A model generated the notes under the pieces. It worked only from the letters and a program-made list of their open reading frames with translations. It did no database searches and had not been told where the DNA came from. From the NCBI GenBank assembly GCA_034659055.1, contig JAYEGH010000236.1:1-32096 (forward strand): a stretch of DNA of 32,096 nucleotides, read 5' to 3'. Every line of letters begins with the position of its first letter. The stretch's first letter is position 1. Shown here one piece after another: positions 26,301 to 32,096 of this stretch. The stretch is from Candidatus Caldatribacteriota bacterium. Its GTDB lineage: Bacteria; Atribacterota; Phoenicimicrobiia; Phoenicimicrobiales; Phoenicimicrobiaceae. Both the position numbers and the translations under genes were made by a program.

Positions 26301-27977
26301 TTACATACTCTCCGGGGCTGAAATTCCCAAAAGATTAAAAGTATTTAGTAATATTATTTTAGTACAATCAATTAATGCTAATCGGGATTTAGTCAACTCA
26401 TCATCTTCTGTAATTATTCGGTGTACTGTGTAATATTTATGAAATGTAGAAGCCAAATCATAAAGATAAGTAGTCAAAAGATGTGGCTTCCAGGAAAGAG
26501 CGCTTCTTTTTATTGCTTCTTTAAAAAATAATAATTTTTTAATTAATTCCAATTCTTCTTCTTTATCCAATAATTGGAAATTGATTTTGTCAATTTTGTC
26601 AAGTACTATATTTGCCTCTTCCGCTTTTCTTAATATGCTGCATATTCGCGCATAAGCATATTGAATATAATAAACCGGGTTTTCCATTGATTGAGATTTA
26701 GCTATATCAAGATCGAATTCTGTATGACTGTCATAGCTTCTCATCAAAAAGAAATAGCGGGCTACATCTTTCCCTACCTCTTTAATCAGATCCCTCAAGG
26801 TAATAAATTCTCCATCCCGGGTAGACATTCCAACTTCTTTTCCCTCTTTTATTAAAGTGACAAATTGTACGATTAGCACATCCAAAAAACTTTGGGGATA
26901 TCCTAAGGCTTGTATTGCGGCTTTCATTCTCTCGATATAACCGTGATGGTCTGCTCCCCAAACATCTATTATCTTTTCAAATCCTCTCTGGTATTTATCT
27001 TGATGATAAGCAATATCAGAGGCAAAATAAGTAGGTATTCCATTTTCTCTGACTATTACTCTATCTTTTTCGTCACCAAAAACACTGGTTTTTAACCAAA
27101 GCGCACCCTTCTCTTTATAGATAAGCCCTTTACTGTTAAGTAAATCGATGATTTCTTGAATCTTGTTTTTATTAAAAAGTGATTTTTCGCTAAACCAAAC
27201 GTCAAATTTTACTCCGAAATTTTCCAAATCTTTTTTAATTCCGTTTAAAATATTTTTTACAGTAAATTCTTTAAAAAAATTTTTAGTTTCCTGGTCTTCT
27301 TTTCCTTTAAATCTATCACCATATTTAGCAGCGATTTCTCTTGCGATATCCGTAATATATTTTCCTTTGTATCCGTCAGAAGGAAATTCCTTATCTTCCC
27401 CTAAAAAAATATTGTATCTTGACTGAACCGATTGTCCTAAAATATCTATCTGTTTTCCCTGATCATTGATATAATATTCTTTTTCTATTTTAAAACCCGC
27501 TGCTTTTAATATTTTGCTTAAAGTATCTCCAATCACTGCGCATTTACCATGACCGACATGCAATGGACCAGTAGGGTTAACACTTACAAATTCTAATTGA
27601 ATCCGTTTCCCTTTGCCTACATCTATTTTCCCATAATCATCTTTCTGGTCTCTTATATCGTCTAAAATTTGATACAACCAGTCGTCTTTAAACCAAAAAT
27701 TTATAAATCCCGGTTTTGCTATTTCAACTTTAGCTATTACGTTATTTTTTGCATCTAAATTATCAATAATAAAATGAGCAATATCCATCGGTTTTAGTTT
27801 TGCTATCCCCGATAACTGTAAAGCAATATTAGTGGCTATATCTCCATGAGATTTATTTTTCGTTTTCAATAATATTATTTCAGGAATTTCTCTAATCTGG
27901 AAATTGCCCTGTCTAATATTTTTTTTTATTGAATCTGCTATATTTTTTTTTATTTGTTCGCTTACATATGTTTTCAT
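26301..27977 (-). CDS. argS: Arginine--tRNA ligase
   Basis: HGDIATN, PGFINF, EFVSVNPTGPLHVGH, WGADHHGY, MSTRDG and NPVYYIQYAYARI. Confidence 0.98.
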   Translation of the reverse strand: MKTYVSEQIKKNIADSIKKNIRQGNFQIREIPEIILLKTKNKSHGDIATNIALQLSGIAKLKPMDIAHFIIDNLDAKNNVIAKVEIAKPGFINFWFKDDWLYQILDDIRDQKDDYGKIDVGKGKRIQLEFVSVNPTGPLHVGHGKCAVIGDTLSKILKAAGFKIEKEYYINDQGKQIDILGQSVQSRYNIFLGEDKEFPSDGYKGKYITDIAREIAAKYGDRFKGKEDQETKNFFKEFTVKNILNGIKKDLENFGVKFDVWFSEKSLFNKNKIQEIIDLLNSKGLIYKEKGALWLKTSVFGDEKDRVIVRENGIPTYFASDIAYHQDKYQRGFEKIIDVWGADHHGYIERMKAAIQALGYPQSFLDVLIVQFVTLIKEGKEVGMSTRDGEFITLRDLIKEVGKDVARYFFLMRSYDSHTEFDLDIAKSQSMENPVYYIQYAYARICSILRKAEEANIVLDKIDKINFQLLDKEEELELIKKLLFFKEAIKRSALSWKPHLLTTYLYDLASTFHKYYTVHRIITEDDELTKSRLALIDCTKIILLNTFNLLGISAPESM

Positions 27978-28020
27978 TTATAATTACCTTTGTTTGTTCT
28001 AAAATAATGACAAATAGGCG

Positions 28021-28096
28021 TGGTACGCCCGAGAAGAGTCGAACTTCCAACACAGGGCTTAGGAAGCCCCTGCTCTATCCATTGAGCTACGGGCGC
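28021..28096 (-). tRNA. tRNA-Arg (CCT)
   Basis: GCGCCCGTAGCTCAATGGATAGAGCA-GGGGC-TTCCTAA-GCCCT...GGAAG-TTCGACT-CTTCT-CGGGCGT-ACCA. Confidence 0.96.
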
Positions 28097-28102
28097 ACAA
28101 TA

Positions 28103-29071
28103 TTATTTCATACGTGGGTCTAAAGCGTCCCGTAATCCATCTCCTAAAAAGTTAAAAGCTAACATGGTAATAGCAAGAGCTAAACCGGGGTATAAAGCCA
28201 AATGGGGATTAGAACGTATTGCTTTGTATCCCTCTGATATCATCATTCCCCAACTCGGAGTTGGAGGATTTACCCCTAAGCCAATAAAGCTTAAAAAGGC
28301 TTCAAAGGTAATAAATCGAGGTATCCGCAAGGTTACTGCTACAACACAAGGGCCAATCAAATTAGGCAGTATATGTTTCATCATTATTTTAAAATTACTA
28401 TTACCTGTAGCACGGGCAGCTTCTACAAATTCTTTTTCCCTTAATGATAATGCCATTCCACGGGCAATTCGAGCCATCCCGATCCAAGCAGTTATTCCGA
28501 TACCAACAAAAATAAAGAACAATCCGCCAAAGGCTTTATCAATTGTGCTTAATGCTCCGGCAAAAGTTCCGGGTTCAGTTACTGCAAAAGTAGATTTAAA
28601 AAGCACCATCATTAAGATAATCAATAATAAGGTAGGAAAACCGTACATAATATCCACAAAGCGCATCATGAAATTATCGACTTTTCCTCCATAATATCCC
28701 GAAATAACTCCGTATAAAATTCCTATTATAAAAGAAGTTAAAGCTCCTATTATCCCTACACTCAAAGATATTCTTGTACCGTAAATAATTCTACTTAAGA
28801 CATCCCTACCCATAAAATCAGCACCTAATAGATATTTGTCTCCCGGTTTAGCGTAATTATCCTTCAAACTGCCGTCAGCATAATGATAAGGGGCAATAAA
28901 TGGGGCAAATATAGAGAGAATTAATAAGATAATAATGATTATTCCACCAATAACTGACATTTTATTTTTACATAATCTTCGAAAAGCATCTTTCCATAAA
29001 TTTGTTTCAGGCCTTTGAGAAACAATATTTTTACTATTTACTCCAGTTTTTTCTTTTGATTTTGATTCCAA
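28103..29071 (-). CDS. oppC: Oligopeptide ABC permease OppC
   Basis: LLGADFMGRDVLSR, EFVEAARATG (EAA loop), HILPN and LGDGLRDALDPR. Confidence 0.95.
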   Translation of the reverse strand: MESKSKEKTGVNSKNIVSQRPETNLWKDAFRRLCKNKMSVIGGIIIIILLILSIFAPFIAPYHYADGSLKDNYAKPGDKYLLGADFMGRDVLSRIIYGTRISLSVGIIGALTSFIIGILYGVISGYYGGKVDNFMMRFVDIMYGFPTLLLIILMMVLFKSTFAVTEPGTFAGALSTIDKAFGGLFFIFVGIGITAWIGMARIARGMALSLREKEFVEAARATGNSNFKIMMKHILPNLIGPCVVAVTLRIPRFITFEAFLSFIGLGVNPPTPSWGMMISEGYKAIRSNPHLALYPGLALAITMLAFNFLGDGLRDALDPRMK

Positions 29072-29101
29072 AATAATATATCCTCACTTTCTATTATCAT
29101 T

Positions 29102-30019
29102 CTAAGAATATCTAATTCGAGGGTCGATCCAGGAATAGGTGATATCTACTAACAGATTTGCTACAATTATTAGAAATGCATAAAGTAACATAATACCTAA
29201 TACTACCGGGTAATCACGATTAGTTACACTAGTAATAAAATATTTTCCACAACCGGGAATAGCAAATATTTGTTCCACGATTAAAGAACCTGTAACCAAA
29301 GTCGCGAACAAAGGGCCAATAATAGTGACTACCGGAATCAGTGCATTTTTTAGCGCATGGTGTACAGTAACATTTTTTTCCGATACTCCCTTTGCTCTGG
29401 CAGTCCTGATGTAATCTTCTCTAATCACTTGCAGCATGCTAGCCCTGGTTAACCGAGCTAAAATGGCAGCACTTCCTATTCCTAAAGTAAAAGCGGGTAA
29501 AATGGCTTGCTGCCAGGTCCCCCACCGGGCAACTGGTAATATATTCAGTTTTAGAGCAAAAACCCAGACCAGCAAAGGGCCTAAAGTCATGGATGGAACC
29601 GAAACTCCAAGTAAGGCGAAAAACATACAAAAGTAATCAATAAAAGTATTCTGCTTTAAAGATGCTATCATTCCCAAAGGAATTCCTATCACCATCGCTA
29701 CAAGCAAAGCTAATACCCCCAATTGGGCTGAAACTGGAAAATGTGTACTAAGAATATCGTTAACTGTTCTACTTCGTGAAGTATAGGATGGACCAAGGTC
29801 ACCATGAAGGGCTTTCCAGAGATAATCTCTGTATTGCTTCCATAATGGATCATTTAAGCCATAGTGAGCTTCCAAATTTTCAATAATTTCTGCTGGCAGT
29901 GGTTTTTCTTTATCAAAAGGACCTCCGGGAATAGCATGGCCCAGACCAAAAGTCACTAAAGATATTATCAATAAAACCGGTATGGCCCATAAAACTCTTC
30001 TAATAATATAATTTAGCAT
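29102..30019 (-). CDS. oppB: Oligopeptide ABC permease OppB
   Basis: IPGGPF, YGLNDPLWKQY, GDLGPS, DYIRTARAKG, NRDYPVV and IDPRI. Confidence 0.95.
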   Translation of the reverse strand: MLNYIIRRVLWAIPVLLIISLVTFGLGHAIPGGPFDKEKPLPAEIIENLEAHYGLNDPLWKQYRDYLWKALHGDLGPSYTSRSRTVNDILSTHFPVSAQLGVLALLVAMVIGIPLGMIASLKQNTFIDYFCMFFALLGVSVPSMTLGPLLVWVFALKLNILPVARWGTWQQAILPAFTLGIGSAAILARLTRASMLQVIREDYIRTARAKGVSEKNVTVHHALKNALIPVVTIIGPLFATLVTGSLIVEQIFAIPGCGKYFITSVTNRDYPVVLGIMLLYAFLIIVANLLVDITYSWIDPRIRYS

Positions 30020-30136
30020 ACTATATTCCTTTCTTTGAATATTTTAATATTTAAATAACATATAAACTAAAATGAGTAATTCAATCCATTTGAGTATTAT
30101 ATCATAAGTTAATATAAATTTTAATAATAATGGCGT

Positions 30137-30184
30137 AAAATAACCATGCAATCCTTTATTTTTTTAGAATTGCATGGTTATTTT
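30137..30184. terminator. Stem-loop between oppA and oppB (partial terminator or mRNA stabiliser)
   Basis: AAAATAACCATGCAAT...ATTGCATGGTTATTTT, a perfect 16 bp stem just 3' of the binding-protein gene. Confidence 0.8.
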
Positions 30185-30223
30185 TAGAAAAAATCAACCC
30201 TAATTATGTGAGTAAATTCTTTT

Positions 30224-31813
30224 TTATTTGTTAATTCTCCAATCCCTGAAATGTTCTCCACCCAACGGAGAATAGCTACGTGTAAGATATGGTTTGGTTA
30301 TTTGTACAAAAGTATAGAAATAGATGGGAGCCATAGCAGCTTCTTCTTCACAGAGAATCTGTTCTGATCTCTTGTAGAGTTCTAATCTTTTCGCCGGGTC
30401 AGATTCACGAGCTGCCTCTTCCACTACTCTATCAAATTCTGCATTATGCCATTTAATTCTGTTAGAACTTAAAGTAGAATGGAAAACTTCTAAGACCCAG
30501 TTGTTGGAATCAGGATAATCAGCACACCAACCCAAACGGAAGATCTGAGGGGCATCTTCAGTTATAGTCTTAAGATATACCTTCCATTCCTGATTAGCTA
30601 AATTAACCTTTACTCCTAAATGTTCTTTCCACATTTGCTGGATTGCCTGGGCAATTTTACGATGGCCTTCGGAGGTATTAAACATCAAAGTAATTTCCGG
30701 CAAGCCTTCTCCTCCGGGATATCCGGCATCAGCCAGGTATTTTTTGGCCGCTTCCGGATCAAATCCTATACCGACTCCTTCTGAAGGTGAAACATGGCCA
30801 AAGATACCCGGACAGGCAAAAGTGGTAGCTGGTGTTTGGTTACCTTTAGAAACATAGTCTATTAAAGATTGTCTATCAATAGCAGCAGAAAAGGCTTTAC
30901 GGACTAAAGGATTGTCCATCGGTGGTTTGCTATTATTAAATCCATAATAATAGGTACATAATCGAGGTGCAATAAATAATTCTTTGCTTAATACCGGATC
31001 TGTTTTTACCCTATCTATATCATCTAAGGGAACACCCACAGAATCCAATTTCCCATCTTCATACATAGCCATAGCAGTAGATTCTTCTACGATCATCACA
31101 CAATGAACTTTTTCTATCTGTACCTTATCAGCATCAAAATAATCGGGATTCTTTTCTAAAATTAGTTCGTCTTCATGGGCCCACTTTGTTAAAACGTAAG
31201 AACCATTAGTGACGATATTTTCCGGTTCGGTCCATTTTTCCCCATATTTTTCGATAGTCCATTTAGGGACAGGTCTGTTCACCCACATCCCAGCAATAGC
31301 AGGGAAGTAACCGGCAGGTTGATTTAAGGCAAACTGAATAGTATAATCATCTATTGCCTTTACTCCTATGTGATTCAGGTCGGTTATCTCACCGGTATTT
31401 ACCTCTTTAGCTCCTTTAATAATGTAAAGTACGTAAGCATAATCAGAGGCAGTAGCCGGGTCACAGGTTCTTTTAACTGCATATTCTATATCATGAGCAG
31501 TAACCGGTCTTCCGTCAGTCCATTTGATATCCTTTCTCATATGAAAAGCCCAAACCAGTCCATCTTCTGACACTTCCCAGGAAGTAGCCAGTTCCGGTAT
31601 AACCTCCATAGTCTCGACATTAAAATCGGTTAAACCTAAAAATAGCTGTTCGACTACATCTACTGAAGTAGTATCAGTGGCTAAAGAAGGATCCAGAGTG
31701 GGGGGTTCGGTGCCTAAATTCCATTGAAGCGTTACCGGTGCTGTAAGAGCTGCCAAGCTAAATCCCATTATTAGACTTAAAGATAGTATTAATATTAAAA
31801 TGGTTTTTTTCAT
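30224..31813 (-). CDS. oppA: Oligopeptide ABC substrate-binding protein OppA (family 5)
   Basis: Signal peptide without a lipobox Cys, EPPTLDP, KWTDGRPVTAHD, VTNGSY and RLGWCADYPD. Confidence 0.95.
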   Translation of the reverse strand: MKKTILILILSLSLIMGFSLAALTAPVTLQWNLGTEPPTLDPSLATDTTSVDVVEQLFLGLTDFNVETMEVIPELATSWEVSEDGLVWAFHMRKDIKWTDGRPVTAHDIEYAVKRTCDPATASDYAYVLYIIKGAKEVNTGEITDLNHIGVKAIDDYTIQFALNQPAGYFPAIAGMWVNRPVPKWTIEKYGEKWTEPENIVTNGSYVLTKWAHEDELILEKNPDYFDADKVQIEKVHCVMIVEESTAMAMYEDGKLDSVGVPLDDIDRVKTDPVLSKELFIAPRLCTYYYGFNNSKPPMDNPLVRKAFSAAIDRQSLIDYVSKGNQTPATTFACPGIFGHVSPSEGVGIGFDPEAAKKYLADAGYPGGEGLPEITLMFNTSEGHRKIAQAIQQMWKEHLGVKVNLANQEWKVYLKTITEDAPQIFRLGWCADYPDSNNWVLEVFHSTLSSNRIKWHNAEFDRVVEEAARESDPAKRLELYKRSEQILCEEEAAMAPIYFYTFVQITKPYLTRSYSPLGGEHFRDWRINK

Positions 31814-32096
31814 TATTAATCATTCTCCTCCTTAAATTTTTAATTAATTATTTAAAACTAACTTTTAAAATCAAAATATTTATATTCCTTTTTTGCACCT
31901 CCCTCTTCGATTTAATTTGCCTTTTCGTTTTTTCCCGTTTTTATCTCTTATCAAGTAATCATACAAATTAAAATTATACTTTATTTAGAAGTCCTTTATA
32001 TTCGAAAAGGCGAATCAATATTCTCTATTTCTATATATACTCTATTTTAAATTAAAAATCCTTCTTTTTTAAAATATTTTTTGCAAATATTTATTT

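Noticed and set aside
27929-28123. 64-aa plus-strand ORF
   Set aside because: Antisense reading of tRNA-Arg.
28164-28694. 176-aa plus-strand ORF
   Set aside because: Typical stop-poor antisense frame of the membrane gene oppC.
31945-31956. SAM-I-like CTCTTATCAAG
   Set aside because: Wrong strand relative to oppA, and the rest of the SAM-I core is missing.

Overview
AT-rich bacterial chromosomal window from a fermentative anaerobe. Gene content suggests an Atribacterota/Thermotogae/Clostridia-like organism (inference only). All convincing genes but one lie on the minus strand. Left half is energy metabolism: (i) the start of an NAD(H)-linked HydABC/Hnd-type operon (NuoF-, NuoE-like and 2Fe-2S subunits), led by a DRTGG / CBS-RsbT-like kinase / DRTGG / PHP / HATPase signalling module and preceded by rex with a near-perfect Rex operator; (ii) a complete 14-gene Thermococcales-style Mrp-Mbh (group 4d) [NiFe]-hydrogenase operon with a HycI protease and HypA. 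Its leader holds a Rex-like box and a hairpin that may be a Na+ (DUF1646) riboswitch. Right half is housekeeping: tRNA-Leu(GAG), oppD/F, secG, tpiA, gap, rpoN, an orphan sugar-ABC ATPase, whiA, rapZ, argS, tRNA-Arg(CCT), and oppC/B/A. Intergenic spaces carry several small repeat families: GTAG-type REPs, a two-copy ~110 bp MITE-like element, and 7-, 8- and 9-mer degenerate arrays. I saw no CRISPR array, prophage or transposase.
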